Positions 52,372-63,481 of a stretch of DNA of 64,000 nt are shown piece after piece (position 1 is the stretch's first letter; the number at the start of each line of letters is the position of its first letter). The notes under the pieces are model-generated. The model was not told the origin of the DNA. It made no database searches and saw only the letters and a program-made list of their open reading frames with translations. The DNA comes from Tortispora ganteri (Eukaryota): the NCBI GenBank assembly GCA_003707115.1, contig PPNB01000002.1:558001-622000 (forward strand), given 5' to 3'. Both the position numbers and the translations under genes were made by a program.

Positions 52372-52662
52372 AGCGGTACACGGAGTTTATGAAACCTGTC
52401 AAAGATGTTGAAATCTGCTGATATTGCCGTAAATATATATTATTAATAAAACCAATAACCGAAAAACGAAGTTCTCCGGTAAACAAGTACTGTAGGTTTA
52501 TTTATATTTTTTTCTTTTTTTTTACCGATAGTTATCTTGTGTGAATTGGTGGTGATCCTAAGGATTACGCAGGGTAACAAACCCTTAGGGCTCCTAGGAG
52601 GGAGTTGACTTACTCCCCAAATCAGGGCCATTATAGTCAAAATTACTGCAATAGAAATCTCT

Positions 52663-54597
52663 ATGTACCGATGTTTCTTCAGACGATGTATTGGTTTGAC
52701 GCGATATAATGTGAAATTGCATTACAAAGGATACGCTAAACGTGTTGATCCAACAAAACCAGATCCTGAACTCATAAGTCGGATTGAAAACATTCCTATT
52801 GATAGGTACCGTAATTTCTCTATTGTTGCACATGTAGATCACGGCAAGTCTACGCTTAGTGATAGACTACTTCAGTTAACTGGAACTATTCCTATGAACA
52901 GTGATAAGCAGTTTTTAGATCGCTTGGAAGTTGAACGCGAGCGTGGAATAACTATCAAAGCTCAGACTTGTACTATGATATATTCTTACAAAGGCGAAGA
53001 CTACCTTCTAAGTCTCGTCGACACACCTGGTCATGTAGATTTTCGTGCTGAAGTCTCGCGCAGTTATGCATCTTGTAAAGGAGCGCTTCTTATAGTTGAT
53101 GCATCACAAGGAGTTCAGGCACAAACCGTTGCGAACTTCTATATGGCATACGCCCAGGACCTTAAGCTCATTCCGGTCGTTAACAAGATCGACCTGCCGC
53201 ACGCCGATATTGACCGCGTGCTAGACCAGATCGAAGAAATGTTCGAACTTGATAGAAATGAGTCTATTGCTATATCGGCGAAAACAGGTCTCAATGTCGA
53301 ACAGATCCTTCCTGCCATCATCGAGCGCATCCCGCCACCATCGGGTCTTAAAACCGACCCACTTAGATGTCTGCTAGTCGATTCCTGGTTCGATCCATAT
53401 ATGGGAGTTATTTTACTTGTATATGTCACCGACGGTTCGCTCAAAAAGGGCGACAAAGTCACTTCAGCATTCACACGAAGACGGTATGATATTAAAGAGG
53501 CTGGGATCATGCATCCAGATAGAACCCCGACCGACGCGCTGGTCGCCGGCCAGGTTGGATACATTGCACTAGGAATGAAAGACTCTTCAGAGGCACATGT
53601 AGGCGACACTATTCTACACATCACCGACATTGACAAGGTCCAGCCTCTTCCTGGATTCGAAGAATCGAAACCTATGGTGTTTGTGGGCGCATACCCTGCT
53701 GAAGGTACTGACTTCAAGAAGATGGAAGAGTCTATTGAACGACTAGTACTTAACGATAGATCGGTAACAATGCAAAAAGAGACTTCTGTTGCTCTTGGTC
53801 AAGGCTGGCGTTTAGGATTCCTAGGAACGCTTCATGCATCAGTATTCCAGGAGAGACTTTCTAAAGAATATGGAACCTCTTTGCTCATTACAAAACCTAC
53901 TGTTCCTTACAAGGTTCTGTACAAGGACGGAAGTGAAGTCATAATAGATCGTCCAGATAAGTTTCCGGATCTGGCTACACAAAAGACGAAAGTAAAACAG
54001 CTGCTGGAACCTATGGTCGACACAATGATGACGTTCCCGCAAGAATATATTGGGAACGTGATATCGCTTTGCGAAAACGGACGTGGTACGCAACTCGAGT
54101 CGACATATTTGAATACAGGACAAGTACTTTTGCGGTACAGGATGCCGCTAGCGAGTCTGGTTAACGACTTTTTTGGTAAATTAAAAGGAATGACAAAGGG
54201 GTACGCGAGTTTGGATTATGAAGAGAGCGGCTACGATGAAGCCGAGTTACAAAAATTAGACTTGTTAGTTAATGGAATTGCAGTTGATGCTTTGTCGGCT
54301 GTAATGCATAAAAGCGAGGTGCAAGCTGCAGGAAAAGAATGGACAAGCAAGTTCAAAGAGTTTCTAGGGAACGAACTGTTTGAGGTGATTATTCAAGCTG
54401 CAGTTGGAGCTAAGATTGTTTCAAGGGAGAGAATACGCGCTAAAAGGAAAGATGTACTGCATAAACTGCATGCATCGGATCTTTCACGTAGGAAGAAACT
54501 GCTCGAAAAACAAAAAGCAGGTAAGAAAGCGATGAAGGAGATTGGAAGAGTGCAGATCCCGCATGAAGCATTTGAAGGGTTTCTTGCGAATAGGTAA
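52663..54597 (+). CDS. GUF1: Mitochondrial translation factor Guf1 (LepA/EF4)
   Basis: [66 protein letters not shown]. Confidence 0.96.
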   Translation: MYRCFFRRCIGLTRYNVKLHYKGYAKRVDPTKPDPELISRIENIPIDRYRNFSIVAHVDHGKSTLSDRLLQLTGTIPMNSDKQFLDRLEVERERGITIKAQTCTMIYSYKGEDYLLSLVDTPGHVDFRAEVSRSYASCKGALLIVDASQGVQAQTVANFYMAYAQDLKLIPVVNKIDLPHADIDRVLDQIEEMFELDRNESIAISAKTGLNVEQILPAIIERIPPPSGLKTDPLRCLLVDSWFDPYMGVILLVYVTDGSLKKGDKVTSAFTRRRYDIKEAGIMHPDRTPTDALVAGQVGYIALGMKDSSEAHVGDTILHITDIDKVQPLPGFEESKPMVFVGAYPAEGTDFKKMEESIERLVLNDRSVTMQKETSVALGQGWRLGFLGTLHASVFQERLSKEYGTSLLITKPTVPYKVLYKDGSEVIIDRPDKFPDLATQKTKVKQLLEPMVDTMMTFPQEYIGNVISLCENGRGTQLESTYLNTGQVLLRYRMPLASLVNDFFGKLKGMTKGYASLDYEESGYDEAELQKLDLLVNGIAVDALSAVMHKSEVQAAGKEWTSKFKEFLGNELFEVIIQAAVGAKIVSRERIRAKRKDVLHKLHASDLSRRKKLLEKQKAGKKAMKEIGRVQIPHEAFEGFLANR

Positions 54598-54612
54598 GTT
54601 TTGTTTGTTTTC

Positions 54613-55203
54613 TCAGACCGCTTCGGGATCGAGTTTGTATGATACAGATGTTTCTATTTTCTGATTAGAAGTATCGAAACTGCGCAGTTTGACAAGTTCC
54701 GCATCTGCGATTTCCTTGGCCTCTGTATCTGCCCATTCAGTAGGCACTTGCGCGTCAGAATTTGTATATACTAGGACGTTGAATGTGTATTTGTCTTGTA
54801 GTACCGGTAAAAAAGTAACAGATGCAGTGATTTGTCTTATTAATGCACGAATATCGTTTTGTATATCTTCTTCTGATCGTTGTTGTTGTGAGTGGTCATC
54901 GATCATATGAACGTCAAATTGCCATTTTTCAACAACATCTCCAGTGTCGACATTGGAAATAGTCAGTACAAATTTCGATAGTTTGCCTACAGTAAGCCAT
55001 TTACTTATTTGTCGTAAAAACCTGCGAATATATGTCTTGACTTCAGGATCAACGCTAATGAGCATATTTAGGCCATACTTCTTCACATTCACGAAATCTT
55101 CGGGCGGATATATACCCCGCTGATAAAGTATCGAATTTACTGAATATTCAAAAAACTCCGCTATAATTTTAGCATCTCCTTTCAGCGATAATGACTTTGA
55201 CAT
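54613..55203 (-). CDS. MAD2: Spindle checkpoint HORMA protein Mad2
   Basis: LSLKG...EFFEYSVNSILYQRGIYPPEDF..VKKYGL, E.WQFD, IRQITASVTFLP; first ATG at 55203. Confidence 0.95.
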   Translation of the reverse strand: MSKSLSLKGDAKIIAEFFEYSVNSILYQRGIYPPEDFVNVKKYGLNMLISVDPEVKTYIRRFLRQISKWLTVGKLSKFVLTISNVDTGDVVEKWQFDVHMIDDHSQQQRSEEDIQNDIRALIRQITASVTFLPVLQDKYTFNVLVYTNSDAQVPTEWADTEAKEIADAELVKLRSFDTSNQKIETSVSYKLDPEAV

Positions 55204-55380
55204 TGCCGCTTTTAAAATAAAAAAGAGTGTACAATTTGTCAACATTCGTGCACGGGTCTCTAATCAGATATAACCCAATATCAAATACCCTAACCTTGAT
55301 AAACAGCAAAGGTCGGTAAAGCCAAGTTTGTATCAAGAACCTCTTCTTCTTCATAACCGCCTGCACTGCAAAATAACACC

Positions 55381-56979
55381 ATGGAAGAGGAAGTGCTTAT
55401 TAAACAACTGGGGACTTTATCGACTAAGCTTATGGAGGCGATAAATCGTCAGGGCGATCTTGAGAATGCATTGAATGCTGCCAACCACAAACTGGCCATT
55501 AGTGAATCAAAAGTGTTTGAACTAGAGTCTAAAGAAAACGAGTTCCGTCGAAGATTGAATGAGGGATCTTTGCTTGACCGCGAAAACGTTGATCAACAGA
55601 AAGAGACACTTATGAAACTTATAAACGATTTGTCGGAAGAAAAAGGTGAGGCTCTGAAGGCAAAAGAAACAGTAGAAAATGAGCTTGAAGACCTTTCTCG
55701 TAACCTGTTTGAAGAAGCAAATAAACTCGTTGTTTCTGCTCGATTAGAACGTGAAGAAGCTTTAAAAAAATGCGATCAGTTATCACAACAAATAGCTGAA
55801 CGTGACTCTCTTCTAGAATCAATGAACGCTCAACTCTCTGACCTCAAATCTATCCTGAAAAAGCAAATTCATGTGACTTCAACTTCTTCTTCTAGTACAT
55901 GGATAAACAATGACCCTGCTCACCTTAACGCTATTTCATTTGATGAATTACAAATATCTGCTGAGAGAAAACTACACAATGTTTCCGCATCAAATGATAA
56001 CAGTGACGACGACGGCTATGCCACTGCCGAATCCACTGCATCTACTGTCGACAACAAAGATGTTGCATCTCCAACACTTGTGGCTCCTGAGTCTCCAAAT
56101 ACTGCCAAGAACTCCATAATACCACCGTCATTCCCTACCTTTTTTACTAACTTGATCCACCCTGTTTTACGCTTTGACATAACTCAGTACCACGACTTTC
56201 TGGCGTCTCTCCCTCCCTCCAAAACTTCTAACGACCCCACAACAATTGCTTCTAACTCATCGACAGCACAAAATGACCAATCAACTAATAGTTTGTCTTC
56301 TCTAACTGAACAAACAAAGTCGAATTCTTTCTCAATAGGGCTCAACTCTTCAGCATCTTCTTATTCTCTGAAAGAGACAAAATACTATAAGCGCCTCCTA
56401 TCAGAAGACCTCGAGCCCACACTTAGACTAGACATTGCCCCTAATATATCATGGTTAGCTCGAAGGTCTATTATGAATGCTATTATAGATGGTTCGCTGC
56501 TTATCGAGCCTGTCTTTGAACCAAAGGCGGCTACTGAAGAGTTTCGACCTACTACCTCCAAACTGGAAAACTCTGAAAAACCGCCCATGACCGGTATAAT
56601 TCCTTTAGATATTGACTCGTCAGTGTACAATAATGATTCGAGCAGTTCTGCAGTCACACAACGCCCTGTTCTCACACCTTGCTCTTTATGCGGCGAAAGC
56701 AGACCAGAAGAAAAGTATCTTCGAAAATACTTCATGCGCGTTTCTGCCAAAGAAGATGCTACTAAGTACTATCTTTGTCCGTACTGTGTTGCACGGGTGA
56801 GAGCGTCATGCAATCTCATGAGCTTTCTTCGCGCTATCAGAGACCGCGTATGGCGCGTTGACACTGAAGAAGAACTACGTAAAGCATGGGAAGAAAGCGT
56901 GAAGCTACGCGAACAAATGTTCTGGACAAGAATTGGAGGTGGTGTCGTCCCTACAGAATCACTGTCTATCAATCAGTAA
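55381..56979 (+). CDS. SEC2: Rab GEF Sec2
   Basis: ELEDLSRNLFEEANKLV coiled coil; EDLEPTLRLD.AP.ISWL.RR; CSLCGE...LCPYC..R.R..C; LRE.MFW.RIG. Confidence 0.9.
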   Translation: MEEEVLIKQLGTLSTKLMEAINRQGDLENALNAANHKLAISESKVFELESKENEFRRRLNEGSLLDRENVDQQKETLMKLINDLSEEKGEALKAKETVENELEDLSRNLFEEANKLVVSARLEREEALKKCDQLSQQIAERDSLLESMNAQLSDLKSILKKQIHVTSTSSSSTWINNDPAHLNAISFDELQISAERKLHNVSASNDNSDDDGYATAESTASTVDNKDVASPTLVAPESPNTAKNSIIPPSFPTFFTNLIHPVLRFDITQYHDFLASLPPSKTSNDPTTIASNSSTAQNDQSTNSLSSLTEQTKSNSFSIGLNSSASSYSLKETKYYKRLLSEDLEPTLRLDIAPNISWLARRSIMNAIIDGSLLIEPVFEPKAATEEFRPTTSKLENSEKPPMTGIIPLDIDSSVYNNDSSSSAVTQRPVLTPCSLCGESRPEEKYLRKYFMRVSAKEDATKYYLCPYCVARVRASCNLMSFLRAIRDRVWRVDTEEELRKAWEESVKLREQMFWTRIGGGVVPTESLSINQ

Positions 56980-57008
56980 CCTCGCTGTAGAGAGCATTAT
57001 GTATTAAT

Positions 57009-58484
57009 CTAATGTTTTTGTAATCGGGCTAGCTGCTCCATTAAAGATTGTAGTTGCGACGCCTGTGCAGGAGGGTTCTGAGGAACAGTGAACCCAGATG
57101 TTTGACCATATGGCGACTGCATATTATAAAATGGCAATGGTTGTATAGGGGCTGGGCCTGACATCTGAAACTGATTTCCTCCTTGTTTCATAGTGACCAC
57201 CATGTTAACGCCCGCAGGTATCTCGACATTCGTAAACTCTTTGTAGGGAGGGCTCTGACGGTCAGATATAGGCGTCAGCATATATACCGATATTTTATTT
57301 TGAGATTGTAATCGAGAGTCCAACATAATAAGAGCAACAACTCCTTCTCGACGAAGAGCAGTGATCGTATCTACAAATGGTTCCTGCGGCTGACGCTTGA
57401 TGTCTGTAGTGAGCAGCCGTTCACGGAGCGCATTCTCAACATAATTCGTAAAGTTCTTATCGAGATCACCGTGAAGGAGAATCTGACATTCAGGAATTTC
57501 GTTAGGAGGTCGATTGCCCAGGCGAGAGACAGACCGCATAGGAGATCGGCTCCGGTACGTAGAAGATCTACTGTCTCTAGGCGACGGAGACCGTCTCGAG
57601 GAGTTTTGGCGCCTGCTATGCCTGTCATCAGAATCTCTAGAATCTCTGGAGTCTCTGGAACCTCGAGATTGCCCTTGAGGCTTTGAAATTTCAAGTTTCA
57701 TCTCACGGTTTAAAAGATAGGCTCCATTTTCGGCGCGCTGGGCATTAAGACAGTCGTTAGGTTTAACAAACTGAACAAATCCGTAATTTGCTTTATATGT
57801 TATTTGAGCTATCTTACCGTGTTTAGCAAATATCCTCCATAGATCACTCTTAGTGACTCTGGTTCCAGCCAAGTTGCCGACAAAGAGACGCGTACCGGGT
57901 CCATAGTAGCTCCAATCGCCTCTAGCAACGTATTCTTCCTCACGGTCTAGATATTTCTGGTAGTCATCACGTTCCTGGTCTGTAAATGGAGATGGGTCGG
58001 GGTATTCTGGTAGTTTCTTTCTATCGTTGTAGGTGGTTTGGCGATTGGGGTAGGAGTTGGCAGAAGAAGAAGAGGAAGATGATGACGATGCAGGGGCAAC
58101 AGGCATTGCGGACGCTACAGGGGTAGGAACAGTAGGCATAGCTGGGATTGCAGGTATAGCTGGGGAGGAAGAATGACCAGTTGCAGGAGGAGTGTTAGCT
58201 ACGCCGTTTGCAGCCGAGCCGATTGTAGAAAGAGACGCCATGATCTTCTGGAAATCTACACGATGGGACACATTCTGGGAATTGTTGACTGGAATTTCAG
58301 ATTTAGTAGGTTCAGATTGAGTGGGCAAATCTTTGGATTTGGATGGAGAAGGGTCAGAGAGGTCAGGGGGCAGTTCAGGTTCGTAATAATCGTCATCGTC
58401 ACTTTCGAGTACATTGTCATTCTTGGGAGATGGCTCTATTGCATTGGGCATGGAATCTTTGGATTCTTGCTGAGATTGACTCAT
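57009..58484 (-). CDS. RRM protein, Nab3/NCOA5-like
   Basis: RLFVGNL, IFAKHG.IAQI..K.NYGFVQF, LEISKPQ; RS-rich linker; PECQIL domain; LQSLMEQLARLQ tail; first ATG at 58484. Confidence 0.8.
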   Translation of the reverse strand: MSQSQQESKDSMPNAIEPSPKNDNVLESDDDDYYEPELPPDLSDPSPSKSKDLPTQSEPTKSEIPVNNSQNVSHRVDFQKIMASLSTIGSAANGVANTPPATGHSSSPAIPAIPAMPTVPTPVASAMPVAPASSSSSSSSSANSYPNRQTTYNDRKKLPEYPDPSPFTDQERDDYQKYLDREEEYVARGDWSYYGPGTRLFVGNLAGTRVTKSDLWRIFAKHGKIAQITYKANYGFVQFVKPNDCLNAQRAENGAYLLNREMKLEISKPQGQSRGSRDSRDSRDSDDRHSRRQNSSRRSPSPRDSRSSTYRSRSPMRSVSRLGNRPPNEIPECQILLHGDLDKNFTNYVENALRERLLTTDIKRQPQEPFVDTITALRREGVVALIMLDSRLQSQNKISVYMLTPISDRQSPPYKEFTNVEIPAGVNMVVTMKQGGNQFQMSGPAPIQPLPFYNMQSPYGQTSGFTVPQNPPAQASQLQSLMEQLARLQKH

Positions 58485-58686
58485 TACTACGACAATCCGC
58501 AAGACGTTTCAAGTAGACGAATAAATTTATAACGTAGAAGTGGATGGTAAGGGGGGCGAAAGTGGTAAAGGATAAGTTTAAAGTCGGTGTGACAGGTCAA
58601 TGTAAGTCTCTAGCAGTGCCCTATATAGGGTTAAGGGTTAATATAATAATTAGGTCTAACTTAGGAGAAAATTCTTGATTAAGTAG

Positions 58687-59240
58687 ATGTTTAGGCATGT
58701 ATTGCGCAGAAATATTTCGAGCAAGAAATATAACGCAGAGGATGTAAAACGAGCTAAAGAATGGATTAAAAATATAGAGGTTGATTCTGTGCCTGTAGCG
58801 GAGTTCTCCGTAATAAGGTCGAGATCGTCAGGTCCAGGTGGTCAACATGTGAACAAGAGTACGTAGCACACGCGACTATGCAAATCAACATAAACTAACA
58901 AAAAGCGAATAGTAAGATTCAAATAAAACAAGACTGGCACTCGATTAAATGGATACCCGAATTGTGCAAGGAAATGCTGGAAGAGAAGGGGTTTCGGTAT
59001 CTGAAGGGTAAACAGCTGATAGTATCTTCGGAATCCTCCAGAAGTTCAGAAGTGAATCTTCGGGACTGTATTGCGAAGCTTGTTAGATTGCTAAAGGATG
59101 AGATCGAGTTTCCGAAAGAGATAACTAAGGATGAGCTTGAGAAGATTGATCGCAATAGAAAAAAAGCTGATTTGAGACGGCTCACAGGAAAGAAAGAGAG
59201 ATCAATGAAGAAACAATTCCGAAAAGTCGTGGATATGTGA
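58687..59240 (+). CDS. PTH4: Mitochondrial peptidyl-tRNA hydrolase, Pth4/ICT1 (ArfB-like), 168 aa; exons 58687-58858 and 58906-59240
   Basis: A 47-nt intron (GTACGT...AACTAACAAAAAG) joins SRSSGPGGQHVNK to TNSK; presequence MFRHVLRR; basic C-terminal tail. Confidence 0.88.
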
Positions 59241-59264
59241 ATCATTATTTCGAGGTTATAGCAG

Positions 59265-60419
59265 TCATGATTTGGAAGCTATAGAGTCAGCAATTGCAGT
59301 TATAGATTCTCTGAGTTCGTTGTTAGTGTCATCGGTGAGCAATGAAGTCAAATAATTAGAATACTCTGTAGCTATATCGAGTGACTTCTTCAGATCAAAG
59401 GCTCTCTGGGCAGATATCCTTAGTCTTTTAACGAACTCAGATGTATTGAACGGTACCAATTGAAGAGGTGATATGCAATACAAATAAGCCAGATCAGTAC
59501 TTGAAGAGTATTCGGTGAATGCTGTTGTTATGACATAGTCATATATTGGCCACACATCTATAGTCGAGTCAGCGAATTCACTTATTGTTTTGGCGTATGC
59601 TTTTGTGAAATTGAAAGCGGATTTTTGCGATGATTTAAATACTTTCATACCTGAATCATAAACAAGTTTGACGACAGATCCTTGCAAAGCTGGATTTTGG
59701 TCAACACTTCCTAATACGTTGACTTCGATATCAGGAAGATCGAGCTCAGTTTCGGGCAACAGAAGAGTTGATTCATTATCGTCATTTTCTTTTATTTGAG
59801 TATCTCCATTATCTATGCCTAAGAGTTTTCTTCTTAGAAGGATTTTAACAATATATGACAGTTCCAAATGACCATAAGCGCACCATAAATCAATAGAATC
59901 ATTATTGAACTTAAGACCAGTTTGAAGTAATCTTCTTGCTGAAATTATATCTGAATTATCATTTATTTCGTAGTTTGCTGCAAATATCCACAATTCAGGT
60001 TTTGTAGGATGTAATTTCAGCATCCTATTTATTAAATGATTAATAATTTTAAACATTTTCTGTGATCTTGCGTATTCTATTGCTTCAATCCATAAACTAA
60101 TATCCCCCGGAAACTTTCTCAATGCTCTTTCAAATATGAAATTGATTCGACGTGCACCTGACCAATTAGAGATAGCAGATTTAGTGTCTAAATTCTTTTT
60201 AGATCTTCTTGATTTCTTTAATTCTTCAATATTCTTTTCGTATTCAATATACAACAAGAAATCTTTCACTTTCGATTCACGAATATTGATCCTATTCTCA
60301 AACTCCATTCGTTTCTTAGATATCCTATTTAGCTCATCTTTATTAAATATTCCTTTCTTTTCTAGATCTTTAAGCTCAGGTATCGATTTTTCTATAAAGA
60401 AACGTGCTTTTTCAGACAT
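59265..60419 (-). CDS. UTP6: U3 snoRNP/SSU processome HAT-repeat protein Utp6
   Basis: MSEKARFFIEKSIPEL.DL..KGIF..DE...I.KKR..FE; DFL.YIEYE; IFERA..KF..D..LW; LHP.KP.LWI.AA. Confidence 0.92.
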   Translation of the reverse strand: MSEKARFFIEKSIPELKDLEKKGIFNKDELNRISKKRMEFENRINIRESKVKDFLLYIEYEKNIEELKKSRRSKKNLDTKSAISNWSGARRINFIFERALRKFPGDISLWIEAIEYARSQKMFKIINHLINRMLKLHPTKPELWIFAANYEINDNSDIISARRLLQTGLKFNNDSIDLWCAYGHLELSYIVKILLRRKLLGIDNGDTQIKENDDNESTLLLPETELDLPDIEVNVLGSVDQNPALQGSVVKLVYDSGMKVFKSSQKSAFNFTKAYAKTISEFADSTIDVWPIYDYVITTAFTEYSSSTDLAYLYCISPLQLVPFNTSEFVKRLRISAQRAFDLKKSLDIATEYSNYLTSLLTDDTNNELRESITAIADSIASKS

Positions 60420-60496
60420 TTTGTAATCAAAAAAAAAAAAAAAAATTCCTGTCGATTATCTGCTCTTCGAAGCAAAAAATTGCTTTTTGGGAGGTT

Positions 60497-61123
60497 ATGG
60501 ACTTTCCCGCCCCCACTCTGCTAAGCAAGAAACCACAATTTTTGCCAATGGACGACCCTCCTAGCTCATCGATAAATACTGAACAGCTAAATTTTTTAAT
60601 GAAAGAGAATGGGCTAGTAGAACTAGGTCATCTAGCTAATTGGTCTGTATCAACAGCGCGGTCTGGTTGCGACCAACACGCGTTAAGATCATCTGACATT
60701 AATAAGTACTGGCAGTCTGACGGACCTCAACCTCATTATCTGGATATACATTTCTCAAAAAGAGTGGCAATACAAAAAATTGCTATATATGCAGATGTTA
60801 CTCAAGATGATAGTTATACCCCGACAATAATAGAAGTACTGGCCGGCACTGGACCTAACGATCTCTGTGAAGTACTCACTGTAGATCTGGGCGAACCTCT
60901 AGGTTGGTCCGTAATAGATTTAGGTGTATCAAGAGAAGATGGTACTTTGCAGACATTTTATATGCGAATAATAATTCTTCAGAATCATCAGGGTGGCAAA
61001 GATACTCATCTAAGGGGTCTGTGGATCTTAGGTCTAGATCCTCAATCATCTAGAGATTCCTTTAAAATTTCAGACATCCCGTTCACTTCACAGGCGTTAA
61101 TACAGGAATCATGTATTCGCTGA
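60497..61123 (+). CDS. DOC1: Anaphase-promoting complex subunit Apc10/Doc1
   Basis: A.WSVST, YWQSDGPQPH, DDSYTP, NHQGGKDTHLR, C-terminal IR tail; first ATG at 60497. Confidence 0.93.
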   Translation: MDFPAPTLLSKKPQFLPMDDPPSSSINTEQLNFLMKENGLVELGHLANWSVSTARSGCDQHALRSSDINKYWQSDGPQPHYLDIHFSKRVAIQKIAIYADVTQDDSYTPTIIEVLAGTGPNDLCEVLTVDLGEPLGWSVIDLGVSREDGTLQTFYMRIIILQNHQGGKDTHLRGLWILGLDPQSSRDSFKISDIPFTSQALIQESCIR

Positions 61124-61566
61124 ACTATTATTGGTTTATTAGCTTTAATGCATTTTCGCTTAAGGTACGACATGAGTCCCGTCTCGTTCCGCCAATTCTG
61201 TCTCGATATAGATGTGCACCTAAATAAAGTACTGTCCCAATTTGGCAAAACCCCTCGACCCCATATTTATTCCTTTCCCAATTAGGTATGGTGTTTACAT
61301 AGAACTCCTCATATTAGTATATCCCGTTATACAATACGAAGCTTACCTTCTTATACAGCTATTTCTTTTACCAGCTTTCCTGCGTTTTGCTCATTCATTT
61401 ATAAGAATACGACAGGATTTCTACAGATTGTTGTGTATTTCGATATCGATTTAGCATCGATTCTTCCGAATTGAACGAAACCGCAACAATCATTTACTGA
61501 TCCTTTTCTTTTATTTATTTAAATCGATCGATCTTTCTCAGCCACTAATTCCACATTTAAAAAACT

Positions 61567-63306
61567 ATGGATGAGCAGCATCTTAGTGACTTTATCACTA
61601 ACGAATTACAAATACATGCAAACGAGACTGCAGTAAATCATAATGCTAGCCGAAGCGAAAATTCTCAGCCTCCTCAGCACTTCTCGAGAAAACCAATAGG
61701 CCATCGACCTAGCCTTGAAGAACTAAACTTCGCAACTAGAGAACTATCTTTATTCAATTTAAGCGACTCTCCGGAAATGAAATCTCATAATATTGACACA
61801 TCTCTGACTAATCTGCCGCCTATCATGGAAGACGATATCCAGTTGCTCGATATCCCTTTCGGATTTAGCACCTACGAGGATGATCATATTTTAAAAAGAC
61901 ATGTCAGTATATCCCCTCGTAATACCAGAAATAGTTTTGATATCAGTTTGCAACAAGATTTGCGTTCTTCTGAAATGATTTCTCCATCTCCTAATCATCA
62001 TACAAACCGTCATCGTTCAGAGCCATTCCAATATGGTATACAGGGAGTAATTCCGGGAACAATGCAAGAAGCTACATACGATCATGGTTTTGAAACTGAA
62101 GAGTCAACCGCTGACAATATATCGCCTGTAATTGGCTGCGATGTCGCTAGCTTCACTGCTTCAACAGAAGTCTCTCCTGCTATGTTCTCAATCAACAAGT
62201 TTCCTACAACGAATCTGCAAGACTACCATCAGCAGCCCTCATTAGAGCCATCAAAAAACGATGAATATCTTGCTCGTCATTATAACGTCCCTCATGTCAG
62301 TCATGATGCTCGTTTAGACGCTATGGAACAGCCAGCACTTGAGCCTCCGTCTACCCCTCACAGAGGTCGCGCAGGTCGCGATTCTCCACTGATGTTTGAA
62401 TCCCCTACGTTTTCTTCATCGCCTACTTTATCGAATGGACCGTTCTCTCCAGGAAGAGAGCGAACATTTATTAGTTACCACATTGACAGTCCAGAATCAA
62501 GCCCGACAAGAATCAGCGGCAAAACTATTATGTCTCCTCCGAGAGATATTTCACCAGGACGGTTTTATGGCGAGCTCGATACTCCTGCAATTGTTCAAAA
62601 CTACCTGAATGGCCCGGACTCAGAAGGAAAGTATACTTGCAAGTATGAAGGTTGTCTAAAAGTATTTAACAGACGATACAACGCTGTTTCTCATATTAAA
62701 ACTCATTTGGAATACAAACCGCATATCTGTCATGAGTGCGGGGCTGGATTTGTGCGGCATCATGACCTAATACGGCATGAAAGAATACATAACGAAGATA
62801 AGCCATTCAAATGCCCCTGTGGAAAAACGTTTGTCAGGCAAGATGCTTGTATTAGACACCGTGCTCGACAAATATGTAAAGGCGGAATGGAGGTGCCGAA
62901 GTACCCTAAATCTCCTAGGAAGAAGAAGATCAGAAAAGTGAAGTCTATGCCGTCTATAAAGAAGCAAGCATCAATAAAGGAGCTCAAAGCTAAAGCTTCT
63001 CAAGTTGCATTAACGAGCAAGGAGGACTCACTAAGACGCGGAAGGCCACTTGAAAGCCTTGAACCGCTTCCACCACTTCCAATCAGATTTAATATTGGAG
63101 ATCAAAACGGTACTGTTAAGCTACAGGGAATTCGCGACAGTCAATCTTTAGGTTTTGATCATGTGGGAACAGAGGCCGAAAAGAATTCGCCAATTCATGA
63201 CACAGATGAGACTTCAGAGAGTTTGTTTGGGCAGTTTGTTGAAGCTTATGGAGATCCATTGAGCCCAAATAATAACTTTGTGGAAGATCCGCTGTTTGAT
63301 ATCTGA
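61567..63306 (+). CDS. ACE2: C2H2 zinc-finger transcription factor, Ace2/Swi5 family
   Basis: C....C.K.F.RRYN..SHI.THL..KP..C..C...FVR.HDLIRH..IH...K.F.CPCGK.F.R.DA...HR.R.IC.GG; many SP sites; NLS PRKKK. Confidence 0.82.
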   Translation: MDEQHLSDFITNELQIHANETAVNHNASRSENSQPPQHFSRKPIGHRPSLEELNFATRELSLFNLSDSPEMKSHNIDTSLTNLPPIMEDDIQLLDIPFGFSTYEDDHILKRHVSISPRNTRNSFDISLQQDLRSSEMISPSPNHHTNRHRSEPFQYGIQGVIPGTMQEATYDHGFETEESTADNISPVIGCDVASFTASTEVSPAMFSINKFPTTNLQDYHQQPSLEPSKNDEYLARHYNVPHVSHDARLDAMEQPALEPPSTPHRGRAGRDSPLMFESPTFSSSPTLSNGPFSPGRERTFISYHIDSPESSPTRISGKTIMSPPRDISPGRFYGELDTPAIVQNYLNGPDSEGKYTCKYEGCLKVFNRRYNAVSHIKTHLEYKPHICHECGAGFVRHHDLIRHERIHNEDKPFKCPCGKTFVRQDACIRHRARQICKGGMEVPKYPKSPRKKKIRKVKSMPSIKKQASIKELKAKASQVALTSKEDSLRRGRPLESLEPLPPLPIRFNIGDQNGTVKLQGIRDSQSLGFDHVGTEAEKNSPIHDTDETSESLFGQFVEAYGDPLSPNNNFVEDPLFDI

Positions 63307-63481
63307 AAAGAAAGGGGTCAAGGGAAACAGGGAAGAGCAAGAAGACTAAGCCTTTTATTGTTTTTTGGTTTTTATGTATTATTTTTTATGTATTTTCGTT
63401 ATTTATTTGAGCATTGGGTATTATTTATAATTAAAAATGTGTCATTTTGTAGGTAGTAGACATAAATAATGCATTCTTCTT

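Noticed and set aside
54594..54616. Perfect AG|GTAAGT donor over the GUF1 stop codon
   Set aside because: The nearest CAG is only about 23 nt away, there is no branch point, and the protein is already full length.
61286..61541. Possible ACE2 5'UTR intron (GTATGG...TACTGAT...CAG)
   Set aside because: Weak donor and branch, and a 40-nt branch-to-AG distance unlike the other introns; needs RNA data.
30101..63306. Apparent concentration of mitotic genes (BIR1, MAD2, APC10, ACE2, RUB1)
   Set aside because: Interspersed with unrelated genes over 33 kb; plausible by chance without an enrichment test.
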